DNA of 64,000 nucleotides from Candidatus Woesearchaeota archaeon (GTDB lineage Archaea > Nanobdellota > Nanobdellia > Pacearchaeales > GW2011-AR1): NCBI GenBank assembly GCA_964547875.1, contig CAZJPE010000002.1:42130-106129 (forward strand). The letters run 5' to 3'. The translations under genes and the position numbers were made by a program. The notes under the pieces are model-generated. The model worked only from the letters and a program-made list of their open reading frames with translations. It was not told the origin of the DNA and searched no databases. This document shows positions 10,604 through 20,629 of this stretch, piece by piece (position 1 is the stretch's first letter; every line of letters begins with the position of its first letter).

Positions 10604-11377
10604 ATGGAAAGGGTATCTATAATTATGCCTGCTTATAATGAAGAAAGGCGCATAGGAAAAACACTTGAGATATATTCTGGATATTTTGAGGGATTAAGAA
10701 GGAGAAAAAAACTTGATTATGAGATAATAGTTGTTATAAATAATACTAGAGACAAGACTGAAGAAATTGTAAAAAAATTTAGGAAAGAAAACAAGAGAAT
10801 AAGGCATCTTAATTTTGAAAGGGGCGGCAAGGGATTTGCTGTAATTGAAGGATTTAAAAATGCCTTAAAAAGAGACAGCAGCTTAATTGGCTTTGTTGAT
10901 GCAGACATGGCAACTTCGCCAGAAGAATATTATAAATTAATTCAATCAATAGGCGAGGCTGACGGAGCTATTGCGAGCAGGTATATGAGGGGGGCATTAA
11001 TTGAGCCAAAACCAACAATGCAAAGGCTTCTTGCCAAAAGAGCATTTAATGTTTTGTCTAGGGCTTTGCTTTTATTGCCTTTCAAGGATACACAGTGCGG
11101 AGCAAAAATATTTAAGAGAGATGCCTTAAAAAAAATACTTGATAATATAAGCCTCTCTCAATGGGCTTTTGATGTAGATTTGCTTTATTCTATTAAGAAG
11201 GCTGGCTTTAAAATAAAGGAAATCCCGACAAGATGGTTTGATAAAGAATACTCAAAAATAAATTTCTGGAGAGCAGGGCCTTTTATGGTATTGGGCGTTC
11301 TTAGACTAAGATTATATCACTCTCCATTGAGAAGCCTTATAAAGATTTATGACAAAATCTTGGGATTTACAGGATGA
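10604..11377 (+). CDS. Dolichyl-phosphate glycosyltransferase (ALG5-like GT2)
   Basis: PAYNEE, GKGFAV, DADMAT, DTQCGAK, WAFDVDLL motifs. Confidence 0.9.
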   Translation: MERVSIIMPAYNEERRIGKTLEIYSGYFEGLRRRKKLDYEIIVVINNTRDKTEEIVKKFRKENKRIRHLNFERGGKGFAVIEGFKNALKRDSSLIGFVDADMATSPEEYYKLIQSIGEADGAIASRYMRGALIEPKPTMQRLLAKRAFNVLSRALLLLPFKDTQCGAKIFKRDALKKILDNISLSQWAFDVDLLYSIKKAGFKIKEIPTRWFDKEYSKINFWRAGPFMVLGVLRLRLYHSPLRSLIKIYDKILGFTG

Positions 11378-11904
11378 GAAAACTAAACTTTGGATGCGGA
11401 GATGACATTAAATCCTCTAATGATAATGAGAAGTGGGTTAATGCAGACGTTGTAAAACTTCCCAGAGTTGATGTAGTTCATGACTTTAATAAATTTCCCT
11501 ATCCATTTAAAAATAATGAATTTGATGAGGTGTATACTTCTCATGTTCTTGAGCATCTAGATGATTTAACAAAAGTCATGAAAGAGCTTAAAAGAATATG
11601 CAAAAAGAATGCAAAGATTATAATAAGAGTCCCTCATTTTTCATGCGGCGTCAGTTATAGAGACCCAACCCATAAAAGACTATTTAGCTATTTTACTTTT
11701 GATTATTTTACAGACGAATGTTTTTATGGACTGCCAAAATTTAAAATTAAAAGCAGAAGATTGAATTTTACAAGATGGGCTTTTCCATTTTTAAACAAGA
11801 TATTCAATCCTTTTATTAATATTAATCAGGCAATTTATGAAAGATTCTTTTGCTGGGTTCTGCCGTGTTCAGAGGTTTTATTTGAATTAGAGGTAATAAA
11901 ATGA
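11374..11904 (+). CDS. Class I SAM-dependent methyltransferase (glycan-cluster type)
   Basis: LNFGCG, SHVLEHL, DPTH motifs. Confidence 0.85.
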   Translation: MRKLNFGCGDDIKSSNDNEKWVNADVVKLPRVDVVHDFNKFPYPFKNNEFDEVYTSHVLEHLDDLTKVMKELKRICKKNAKIIIRVPHFSCGVSYRDPTHKRLFSYFTFDYFTDECFYGLPKFKIKSRRLNFTRWAFPFLNKIFNPFININQAIYERFFCWVLPCSEVLFELEVIK

Positions 11905-12800
11905 ATCTTATTAGCGTAATTATCCCTTTAGCTCCAGATAGAGATTTGGAGATTTTAGACAGCTATAAAAAGCACAAGAATAAAATAAAACTGATAATAG
12001 AAAGGGGGACAAATCCTTCGGAAAATAGGAATAGAGGAATAAAAAAAACCAAGACTGAGCTTGTGGCTTTTTTGAATGCACATACTCTGCTGACTGATGA
12101 CTGGGCAGAAAAAGTTAATGAATTTTTCAAGAAACATAGAGATATAGATATAGTTGGAGGGCCAATGCTTACTAAAGAAGATGATCCATTATTTGAAAGG
12201 GCTAGCGGATACGTTTTAAGCTCTATTTTTGGCGCTGGAGAGGTAAGGACTCGGTATAAAATGAGAAATTTGAACCTAAAGGCAAATGAGAAGCATTTAA
12301 CATCTGCTAATTTAATCTGTAGAAAGAAAGTTTTTAAAAAAATATGGTTTGATGAAACACTCTGGCCTGGAGAAGATCCTAAGTTTATAAGCGACGCCTT
12401 ACAATCAGGGTTTAAAGTTGCTTATTCGCCAGAAATTTATGTTTATCAAAAAAGAAGAGCTAATTTTAAAGAGTTATTCAAACAGATATTCAATTATGGC
12501 TTTACAAGAACGAGAAAAGAGAAATTTAAAGAGACACTAAAAAAGCCACTTTTTCTTGCACCGAGTATTTTCATTGTTTATCTTGCGCTCTTGCCTACAT
12601 TGACTTTATTTCATTATTTTTTATTTTTCCCACTTATTTTGTATATTCTACTAAATATTCTTTTTAGTTTTCTTGAAAGCATTAAAAACAAGAATGCTAA
12701 GTCATTAATATTAACTCCTTTTTTATTTTTTATAGTTCATTTAGCTTATGGAACAGGTTTTATATATGGGACAATAACTAAAATTAGCTCAAACAAATAA
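11901..12800 (+). CDS. GT2 glycosyltransferase with C-terminal TMs
   Basis: NRNRGI, VGGP, GED motif; DxD replaced by NAH. Confidence 0.8.
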   Translation: MNLISVIIPLAPDRDLEILDSYKKHKNKIKLIIERGTNPSENRNRGIKKTKTELVAFLNAHTLLTDDWAEKVNEFFKKHRDIDIVGGPMLTKEDDPLFERASGYVLSSIFGAGEVRTRYKMRNLNLKANEKHLTSANLICRKKVFKKIWFDETLWPGEDPKFISDALQSGFKVAYSPEIYVYQKRRANFKELFKQIFNYGFTRTRKEKFKETLKKPLFLAPSIFIVYLALLPTLTLFHYFLFFPLILYILLNILFSFLESIKNKNAKSLILTPFLFFIVHLAYGTGFIYGTITKISSNK

Positions 12801-12849
12801 TATAGTTTATGATACAATAATTTTTAAATCAGAAAATTATAAGATTAAA

Positions 12850-13812
12850 ATGAAAAGCGTGTCTATCATAATCCCGACATATAATGAGGAGAGGAATATT
12901 GCTAATTGCTTAAAGTCAATTTTTGCTCAAGATTATCCAAGAAAGTTATTGCAAGTAATTATAGTTGACGGCGGTTCAAATGACTCCACTGTTGAAATTT
13001 CTAAATCTCTTGGCGCTGAAATCTTGCATAATAAATTTAAGGTTGAGGAGAGAGGAAAGCCGTATGCTATTAAAACAAGAGCAAGTGGAGAAATAATCGG
13101 CCTGCTTGACGCCGATAATATTATACCGGATGATAGTAATTGGCTAAAAAAAATGATTGAGCCATTTAAAGACAAGGAAATCTTTGCGAGCGATACTCTT
13201 TATTATAATTTTAGGAAAGGCGATAATCTAATAACAAAGTATAATGCTTTAATAGGAGGTGATGACCCAATTGCTTCTTATTTTGGCATTAATGACAGAT
13301 ATTGTTATTTCACAGGAAAATGGACAGGAATGCCTCATTTAGCAAAAGATAAAGGGGATTACATAGAAGTTATTTTTAGGAAAGATAAGATTCCTGCATC
13401 TGGCTCAAATGGCTTCTTTTTTAGAAAGAGCATTTTTAACAAGGTGAAAAATGACCCATTTATACACCCTTTATTTATTTACGATGTTGTTAACAAGGGA
13501 TATAAGAAAATGGCCAAAGTAAAGCAAGGATTGATTCATGTTCAGAATGGAAGCGTAAAAACCTTTTTTAAAAAGAAATTAAGAAGAATTAAAAGGAGAT
13601 ATATTGGAGAAGTAGACTGGAGATATAACTATGACATTGGAAAGAATGATATTACAAAGACTGCATTATATCTGGCAAGCATTATTCTCCCATTAAAGGA
13701 CATGGCTGTGGGATTTTACAGAAAGCCTGAATTTGTTTGGCTATTTCATCCTGTAGCCACTTTTGGTCTATTTTTTATTTACGCTTTTTATGCTATAAAG
13801 GGATTAAAATAA
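12850..13812 (+). CDS. GT2 glycosyltransferase
   Basis: IIIPTYNEE, VDGGSND, LDADN motifs. Confidence 0.9.
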   Translation: MKSVSIIIPTYNEERNIANCLKSIFAQDYPRKLLQVIIVDGGSNDSTVEISKSLGAEILHNKFKVEERGKPYAIKTRASGEIIGLLDADNIIPDDSNWLKKMIEPFKDKEIFASDTLYYNFRKGDNLITKYNALIGGDDPIASYFGINDRYCYFTGKWTGMPHLAKDKGDYIEVIFRKDKIPASGSNGFFFRKSIFNKVKNDPFIHPLFIYDVVNKGYKKMAKVKQGLIHVQNGSVKTFFKKKLRRIKRRYIGEVDWRYNYDIGKNDITKTALYLASIILPLKDMAVGFYRKPEFVWLFHPVATFGLFFIYAFYAIKGLK

Positions 13813-13882
13813 TAAAGATGAAGATTGTTTTTAATTAGCATAAACCTTAAAAGGGCAGGGGATATGAAGGAAGGGAACTAAA

Positions 13883-14368
13883 ATGGAAGAAAAGATAGAA
13901 GAAAGAAAGATAGATGGCGTAAAATTGATTCATTTAGTAACAAGAGTAGATGACAGGGGTGATTTGGTTGAAAATTGGAGAAAGAGCTGGAATTTATTGC
14001 CTTGTGATGTAAACCAGGTTTATGTAGTGCATGATGCAAGAAGGGATATTATAAGGGCCTATCACAAGCATGATAAATTATGGGATTTATTTTCAATAAT
14101 TAATGGAAGTGCAAAATTTTGCTTAGGAGACGACAGAGAAGAGAGCCCTAGTTATAAAATTACTGATGAAGTAATATTAGGAGTAAGAAAGCCTGGATTG
14201 CTAATTGTTCCTCCAGGAGTATATCATGGATGGATGTCTTTGGAAGATAATACTATATTGCTAAGTATTGCAAGCCATGAATATAATAGAGATAAACCAG
14301 ACGAGTATAGAATACCTTATGATAGTTTTGATAGTTTGGGAGAACGGTGGAATATAAAGCCAAGATAA
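13883..14368 (+). CDS. RmlC-like cupin, NDP-sugar 3,5-epimerase family
   Basis: DDRG, IRAYHKH, VPPGVYHG motifs. Confidence 0.85.
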   Translation: MEEKIEERKIDGVKLIHLVTRVDDRGDLVENWRKSWNLLPCDVNQVYVVHDARRDIIRAYHKHDKLWDLFSIINGSAKFCLGDDREESPSYKITDEVILGVRKPGLLIVPPGVYHGWMSLEDNTILLSIASHEYNRDKPDEYRIPYDSFDSLGERWNIKPR

Positions 14369-14444
14369 ATAAGTTATTAATAAATTATAATAATTCTGAA
14401 AAGAGATTATGAAATATTAATCGTAATAGCACAATATTAGATTT

Positions 14445-15317
14445 TTAAATTCTGGAGAGCTCGTATCTTTTCTTCATTTCTTTTAATGAATCCCGAAGTG
14501 TAGGACATTCATAATTTAGATAATTTCTTATCTTTGAAGAATCTGTCGCGCTATTCAGCGGTCTTTTTGCTATTTGGCCTAGTTCTGATGTCTGAACGCC
14601 TACAAATAAATCTTTATCTAGATTGAAAATATCTGCTATCATTAAACTGAATTCTAGCCTATTTATTGATTCCTTGCCTGTTGCTACAAAAAGACCCCTA
14701 CCATCTTTTTCTATAATGCCTTTGACGTAATCTGCCAATACATTTATTGCTGTGGGATTACTTATCTGATCATAAGGCACTTTTCTTTTTTCCCTTGTAT
14801 TAAGAATTTGCATTAGGAAATTTACATCTCCGGGAAGATAATCAAATATTACTGTTGAGCGCAATATTGCATGATTTAACACATTTTCCTTAACTATTTT
14901 CTCTGCTTGGAGCTTTAATTCGCCATAATAATTTAATGGCTTTGTTTCAGAATATTCATTGTAATTATTTGTTTCTCCTGGGTAGACATAATCGGTAGAG
15001 ATATAGATTAATTTTTTTTCTCTTTCTCTTGCCCATTGTGCTATATTTCTAATGCCTGAAACATGGAGACTAAAAGCCTCTTCTCTATTTTTTTCATAGT
15101 AGTCAACACTTTTTCGCAATTTAACAGAATCAATTATTACATCAGGGTTTATATTGCCTAATGCCTGTTCTAAATCTCTTTTATTTCTTATATCGCATAT
15201 ATTTGTTGTGCAATCATGAGGATTTAAAGATATGCCTGATAGTTCGTATTTTTCATTGAATCTATTAAAAAGACAGCTTCCTACAAAACCTGAAGAACCT
15301 AATATTGCGAGTTTCAT
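14445..15317 (-). CDS. rmlD: dTDP-4-dehydrorhamnose reductase-like SDR
   Basis: GSSGFVG, YISTDYVY, PLNYYGELK, DQISNPT, AKRP motifs. Confidence 0.85.
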   Translation of the reverse strand: MKLAILGSSGFVGSCLFNRFNEKYELSGISLNPHDCTTNICDIRNKRDLEQALGNINPDVIIDSVKLRKSVDYYEKNREEAFSLHVSGIRNIAQWAREREKKLIYISTDYVYPGETNNYNEYSETKPLNYYGELKLQAEKIVKENVLNHAILRSTVIFDYLPGDVNFLMQILNTREKRKVPYDQISNPTAINVLADYVKGIIEKDGRGLFVATGKESINRLEFSLMIADIFNLDKDLFVGVQTSELGQIAKRPLNSATDSSKIRNYLNYECPTLRDSLKEMKKRYELSRI

Positions 15318-15474
15318 ATTAATTTAGGGATTTTTTATTAATATAAAAAGATTATTATGCTTAAATAGGCAGTATATCGAGAGCCTTAAAAGTTGGCTTA
15401 AGATAATAATTCCTTATGAGAGATATATTTTTAATTGCAATAAAGTTTAAATGCGATACTAATTGGCTTTTATT

Positions 15475-16050
15475 ATGGCATTTAGAATAGAAAACGAGAT
15501 TTTAAATGGGATAAAGGTATTTGTCCCTGACGTACTTGAAGACAAGAGAGGTTTTTTTATGGAAACATATAGAAAAGATAAATTCAATGAAATTGGCATA
15601 GATGAAGAATTTGTCCAGGAAAATCATTCTTTTTCAAGAAAGGGCGTTATAAGAGGGCTGCATTTTCAATTTAATCCTCCAGTTAGCAAATTAATAAGAG
15701 CAGTCAATGGAGAAGCATATTTAGTAGCTGTTGACATAAGAAAAAACTCTGATACATTGGGAAAGTGGCATGGTGATTTCATATCTGGAGAAAATAAACG
15801 ACAGATATGGGTGCCTGAAGGATTCGCATCTGGCTTTTGTGCATTAAGAGATTATACAGAAATTCTATATAAATATAATGCTCTTTATAATCCGGAAGGC
15901 GAATCTAATATTATCTGGGACGATGCTGAAATTGGAATAAAATGGCCTAGCTATATGGCGGAACCTATTTTGTCAGATAAAGACAAAAAAGCACAGACAC
16001 TTTCTGAATGGCTGAAAAGGGAGGAATCTAATTATTTTAGATTGAGATAA
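15475..16050 (+). CDS. rmlC: dTDP-4-dehydrorhamnose 3,5-epimerase
   Basis: DKRGFFMETY, QENHSFS, GVIRGLHFQ, LSDKD motifs; start moved to ATG 15475 because TTTAAATG lies at -29. Confidence 0.92.
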   Translation: MAFRIENEILNGIKVFVPDVLEDKRGFFMETYRKDKFNEIGIDEEFVQENHSFSRKGVIRGLHFQFNPPVSKLIRAVNGEAYLVAVDIRKNSDTLGKWHGDFISGENKRQIWVPEGFASGFCALRDYTEILYKYNALYNPEGESNIIWDDAEIGIKWPSYMAEPILSDKDKKAQTLSEWLKREESNYFRLR

Positions 16051-16051
16051 A

Positions 16052-17101
16052 ATGAAAGTTTTAGTTACTGGGGGAGCAGGATATCTTGGAAGCGTGCTTG
16101 TATATCAATTAATAAATAAAGGACTTTCTGTCAGGGTATTTGACAAATTCTATTTTGGTAAGGAATCGCTAAAACCCTATCTTGGAAGAATTGAAATTAT
16201 GCAAGGAGACATAAGGAATTTTCATGAAGCACTTGACGATGTTAAGGTAGTGATACACTTAGGAGGATTGTCTAATGATCCTACTGCTGAATTCAGGCCA
16301 AGGGAAAACATGGAAATAAATACTAAAGCAACAATAGAGTTAGCTAAGGCGTGCTTAGAAAAAAAGATTAATAAATTTATATTTGGCTCTACTGCATCAA
16401 TTTACGATAAAGGGTTAATGAGCGCTAATATTATACAAGACGAAAATAGTTTAGTAGAACCTTTGGCTGCTTATTCTGTATCAAAATTTGAGGCGGAGAA
16501 AGCCTTGCTTGAACTTATGAAAGAGAACGATAATTTCTGCCCTGTAATCTTAAGAAAAGGAACATTGTATGGATATAGCCCTAGAATGAGATACGACTTA
16601 GTCGTCAATACTCTCGTTAAAGATGCTTTTACAAAAGGAAGATTAAAAGCTTTCTGCGGAGGCAATCAATGGAGGCCTTTGGTTGATGTGCTTGATGCTG
16701 CGCGAGCTTATATGGTTTGCCTTGAGGCTGACGAAAATAAAGTCAAAGGGGAGATATTCAATGTTGCCTATGGGAATTTTCAGATTATGGATGTAGCTCA
16801 TAGAATTAAAGAGGCATTAAAAAATATACGGCCTGTTGAAGTAGACATCGATTATACGCCTGGAAAAATAGATAGAAGCTATAGCATCTCCAACGAGAAA
16901 TTAGAAGACAGATTAAAATTTAGATATAAAGTAACTATAGAAGATTCTGCACGGAATATGGCTGGAAAAATTAAAGATTTCCTAGATAAGGGCGGAAATG
17001 TTAGTGAATTGGAAAATAATATTTACTACAACATAAGATGGATGCAACATCTTGCTGATATGGAGAGCAAGATTAAAGAGATGGGCGGGAGTGTTTTTTA
17101 A
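16052..17101 (+). CDS. NAD-dependent NDP-sugar epimerase/dehydratase (extended SDR)
   Basis: TGGAGYLG, YSVSK, SPRMRYDLVVN, QWRP motifs. Confidence 0.9.
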   Translation: MKVLVTGGAGYLGSVLVYQLINKGLSVRVFDKFYFGKESLKPYLGRIEIMQGDIRNFHEALDDVKVVIHLGGLSNDPTAEFRPRENMEINTKATIELAKACLEKKINKFIFGSTASIYDKGLMSANIIQDENSLVEPLAAYSVSKFEAEKALLELMKENDNFCPVILRKGTLYGYSPRMRYDLVVNTLVKDAFTKGRLKAFCGGNQWRPLVDVLDAARAYMVCLEADENKVKGEIFNVAYGNFQIMDVAHRIKEALKNIRPVEVDIDYTPGKIDRSYSISNEKLEDRLKFRYKVTIEDSARNMAGKIKDFLDKGGNVSELENNIYYNIRWMQHLADMESKIKEMGGSVF

Positions 17102-17474
17102 TTCTATATTCTAATGATATCAAGTATAATGTTGAGGCAAAGACAATTCCGAATGAATTAAGCAATATATCAGAAAGGGAGCTTACTCTTCCTGGAACAA
17201 AATGCTGATGAATCTCATCAGAGATGCCGTATAATATCGATAGTATGATTGCGATTAAGATGAAATTTTTGTATTTTCCCCTTATTAATGATATTGACAA
17301 AAAGAAAGCCAGGAAAAAGAATATAATTAGATGATATGCAATTGCTTTGAAACCTATTCCTCCGGAGCCTATACCTGATTCAAATGTTTGAGAAGACATG
17401 TAAAAGATTATTCCTGCTATAAGGATTGTGATTAACAAAGACAGCCTATTATGTTTTTCAAACCAGCTTATCAT
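17073..17474 (-). CDS. vanZ: VanZ-family membrane protein
   Basis: YGISDEIHQHFVPGR...D motif. Confidence 0.9.
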   Translation of the reverse strand: MISWFEKHNRLSLLITILIAGIIFYMSSQTFESGIGSGGIGFKAIAYHLIIFFFLAFFLSISLIRGKYKNFILIAIILSILYGISDEIHQHFVPGRVSSLSDILLNSFGIVFASTLYLISLEYRIKKHSRPSL

Positions 17475-19140
17475 CTTGCCTCTTTATTTCGTAAATAAAT
17501 ACATCTTGCTTTATATTTATTAGGTTAAAAGTTATGTCTTCAAAGTTTTTTGATTGTTTAATATCTTGCTGCTTATTAACAAAATCTATTTTTGTGTCCA
17601 TAAATGGGATTTCCCATGCTGCAACTTGGCCATTATTGGCATAGACTCTTGTCATCCAGTCAGGATGTCCTGGTTGTGAAAACGATATTAAAAGATATTT
17701 TGTTTCTGGAGCATTGCTAACTGCTGATAAAAAGTTTTCTAAAGGAACAGTATCCCCGGATTCCGTCCATTGTGCAATTTTATCCGGCTGGACAACATTT
17801 CTTTCTGCATAATAAATCACTTGCGGGACAGCTACACTAACAATTAAATCATTTTCATTTGATATTTCCCTAAGATAAAGACTTGCCTGCTTAATTCCAT
17901 CAAATGATGTTATTTTATTTTTTATTGAGGAATCAGCAATTTTTAATTCATAATAGCCTCCAATTCCCAATAGTGCAACTAGAATAATAAGGGCAACATA
18001 TTTATTATAAGGCTTAATTAAATCGGTTAAAAATATAGAGGCGCGGGATATAGAGATGAATGCTGCGAGAGCAAGCGGGAAGAACCATCTTGGCTCGCCA
18101 AATACATCCGGCGTTCTTATAATAAGAATAAAAAATGCCAATGTGACAATAATTGCAATAAGATTAAATAAATCTGATCTTGCCATGCTATTTCTGGTTT
18201 TTTTAATATAATCAAAAGATAAGAATATATTGGAAATAATTAATAGAAGACCTATCCAAAATAGATAAAGAAGTATGCTTAATATAGAACTTGAAGAGGA
18301 GAAATATGCTGGAAATACGCCTAATGGGAGAAGATTGATTTTATTTTCAGGATGAAAATAGGTTCCTGAAACCCCGCCTATTTGAGAGATAAAGATAAAT
18401 TTTTCTGCAAGAAAAAATAAAAATACAAGAAGGGCAAGCGATATCCAGTTATATTTATCTTTGATTAAGTCAGTCCATTTGCGAGTTGCAAGCATGTGAA
18501 CAAGAAAAAATATTCCAAATAAGAAATAACCTCGCCTTATTGTATATGTCAGTATCACAAATATTATTGTAATTGGTATTGCCCATTTTGCGTCTATCTT
18601 GCCGAATATCTTATCCTTGTTTTCATAGCCCTGCCAGAAAACATAAATCGAGAGAAGACCTAAAAAAAGCCCCAGAACGTCTATATGAAATCTCATTGTC
18701 TCGAAAAGATGATCCCAAAATATCGCCATTAAAAATGCAGAGATTAGTGCAACTCTTTTGTCTTTGCACATTGCGTTGCAAATAAGATAAACTAAAAGAA
18801 CGCTAAAAATTGAAGGCATTATCTGAAGAAAGAACTTTGCAATTGCCTCGCTCATTCCAAATTTAAAAAATATTGCTGCCATATATGGATATAACGAACT
18901 GTGCTGTGTTGTTATAATCCAATTAGCGGGAAATCCTGCTAAATTTTTAGCATATGCAAGATAATCAGACTCGTCCCACCACAAAGGCTGAGTTTTTGTA
19001 AGATTAAAGTAATAAAGCCTTATTATAAATGCGAATATTAAAATTAGTATAAAAATTAGATTATGCGGATTCTTTAGCCAGTTTTTTATCTTATCTTTTC
19101 TTTTTTCAGCCTCTAAAGGAGCATTGTTCTCCATTGTCAA
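17458..19140 (-). CDS. GT-C fold membrane glycosyltransferase (PMT/ArnT-like)
   Basis: IRLYYF...LWWDE loop; EPRWFFP; multi-TM; ATG at 19134 is the likely start. Confidence 0.8.
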   Translation of the reverse strand: MTMENNAPLEAEKRKDKIKNWLKNPHNLIFILILIFAFIIRLYYFNLTKTQPLWWDESDYLAYAKNLAGFPANWIITTQHSSLYPYMAAIFFKFGMSEAIAKFFLQIMPSIFSVLLVYLICNAMCKDKRVALISAFLMAIFWDHLFETMRFHIDVLGLFLGLLSIYVFWQGYENKDKIFGKIDAKWAIPITIIFVILTYTIRRGYFLFGIFFLVHMLATRKWTDLIKDKYNWISLALLVFLFFLAEKFIFISQIGGVSGTYFHPENKINLLPLGVFPAYFSSSSSILSILLYLFWIGLLLIISNIFLSFDYIKKTRNSMARSDLFNLIAIIVTLAFFILIIRTPDVFGEPRWFFPLALAAFISISRASIFLTDLIKPYNKYVALIILVALLGIGGYYELKIADSSIKNKITSFDGIKQASLYLREISNENDLIVSVAVPQVIYYAERNVVQPDKIAQWTESGDTVPLENFLSAVSNAPETKYLLISFSQPGHPDWMTRVYANNGQVAAWEIPFMDTKIDFVNKQQDIKQSKNFEDITFNLINIKQDVFIYEIKRQDDKLV

Positions 19141-19172
19141 TCACAGAGAAGATAGTTTTTATTTGTTGTTAT

Positions 19173-20147
19173 TCACAAATATGTAAGTATTTTTTCAACA
19201 GAAATGCTATTTACTAATTTCTCGCTATAAAGATTCTGTTTTTCTGGAAAATACTCATAGAGCAAAGGAGAGACTATCTTTTTTAGTAGTCCATAGTCTT
19301 CCACTTCATGAGGGGTTGTGCAAAAGAACAAGCCTATTGTTGGCTTGTTCATTGCAAGGGAGATATGCAAAGCAAAACTATCAGAGCAGATTATTGTTTT
19401 GCAACAATTTATTAATGCTGCAAATTCTTTAATAGAATTGCTCGGATTATTCTTATGAATCAATATGTTTTCATTTTTCAACTCATTTATAAGAGGGCCT
19501 ATTTCTTCTGCTTCGTCAGGACCGCCGAATATTATTATCTCATAATTTCTTTCTTTTGCTTTCTTAACAAATTCTTTTATTTTTTCTTTTCCCCATGCCT
19601 TCGAAGGCCATCTTGAGCCTGCGCCCATATGAATTCCTATTAGATTTTCTTTTCTTATTTTATTCTTTTTTATGAAATTTTCTGCATAAATTTTTTCTTT
19701 TTCAGCTAAAATTATAGACGGACGCTCTTTATTATAAGATAATTCTGCAGCATCAAAGATCATTTCCTGATAAGTTTTTTTGTTTGATTTTTTTAATTCG
19801 TCATCAAACAGCGTGTTTAGATAATATTCTGCACTTGGATTAAACACTGCTGGATAATTGTCTTCTGAATAAAACCCCAGTTTCTTTTTTGCCATAATTG
19901 ATTGAGCCAAGGAAGTTGCTTCTTCGTCTATATCAAGATTGCATAATATATCAAATTTTAAATCTGTCTTAAATGGAATTTTTTCTATTTTATTTATGAA
20001 AGGATTGCTTTCAAATAACTGTAGAGCATTTTCTTTTGTAATCCATGTAATTTCTGCTTCTTTATATTTTTTCTTTAGTGCTTCTGCAATTGGAAGAGTT
20101 CTTACAACATCTCCTAATGCTCCTAATTTTATTATCACTATCTTCAT
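19173..20147 (-). CDS. GT9 family glycosyltransferase (heptosyltransferase-like)
   Basis: IIKLGALGDVV, GAGSRWPSKAW, DSFALHIS motifs of WaaC/WaaF-type GT9; start set at MKIVIIK. Confidence 0.88.
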   Translation of the reverse strand: MKIVIIKLGALGDVVRTLPIAEALKKKYKEAEITWITKENALQLFESNPFINKIEKIPFKTDLKFDILCNLDIDEEATSLAQSIMAKKKLGFYSEDNYPAVFNPSAEYYLNTLFDDELKKSNKKTYQEMIFDAAELSYNKERPSIILAEKEKIYAENFIKKNKIRKENLIGIHMGAGSRWPSKAWGKEKIKEFVKKAKERNYEIIIFGGPDEAEEIGPLINELKNENILIHKNNPSNSIKEFAALINCCKTIICSDSFALHISLAMNKPTIGLFFCTTPHEVEDYGLLKKIVSPLLYEYFPEKQNLYSEKLVNSISVEKILTYL

Positions 20148-20218
20148 ATAATTTAGTTTAAAATAGAAGTTTTTAATCTTATCCATAAATTTATAACTAT
20201 AAAATTTTCTTAGTTTTT

Positions 20219-20629
20219 ATGAAAATATACATAGCTGGGAAAATAGGAACAGATGGTGAATTAAACACGCTTGCTAAAGTTGATGAATTGTGCAAATCTC
20301 TGGGATTTTCAACATTTTTGCCGCATAGAGATGTTGGAATAGCAGACGGCATGGGTGATGTTATAAGAATTTTTAACGGCGACATAAAAGAAGGCTTTAA
20401 AGACATTGATTTAGTAATTGCTGTTCTCGATGGATTGCATCTAGGCGCTGGAACTGCATGGGAATTAGGATATGCGTATGCCAAGAAAATTCCTGCTATT
20501 GGGTTGAAAACAGACGAGCCTGTCTCTGAAGCATTGGATTATTTGAGCGCAATATTGATAGGCTCTATGGAAATTGTTGATAGTTTTGATAAATTAAAAA
20601 AGGCTTTGCAAAAATTTAAATCGATCTAA
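20219..20629 (+). CDS. Nucleoside 2-deoxyribosyltransferase / nucleotide N-hydrolase family protein
   Basis: KIYIAG, FLPH, GTAWELGYAYA motifs. Confidence 0.88.
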   Translation: MKIYIAGKIGTDGELNTLAKVDELCKSLGFSTFLPHRDVGIADGMGDVIRIFNGDIKEGFKDIDLVIAVLDGLHLGAGTAWELGYAYAKKIPAIGLKTDEPVSEALDYLSAILIGSMEIVDSFDKLKKALQKFKSI

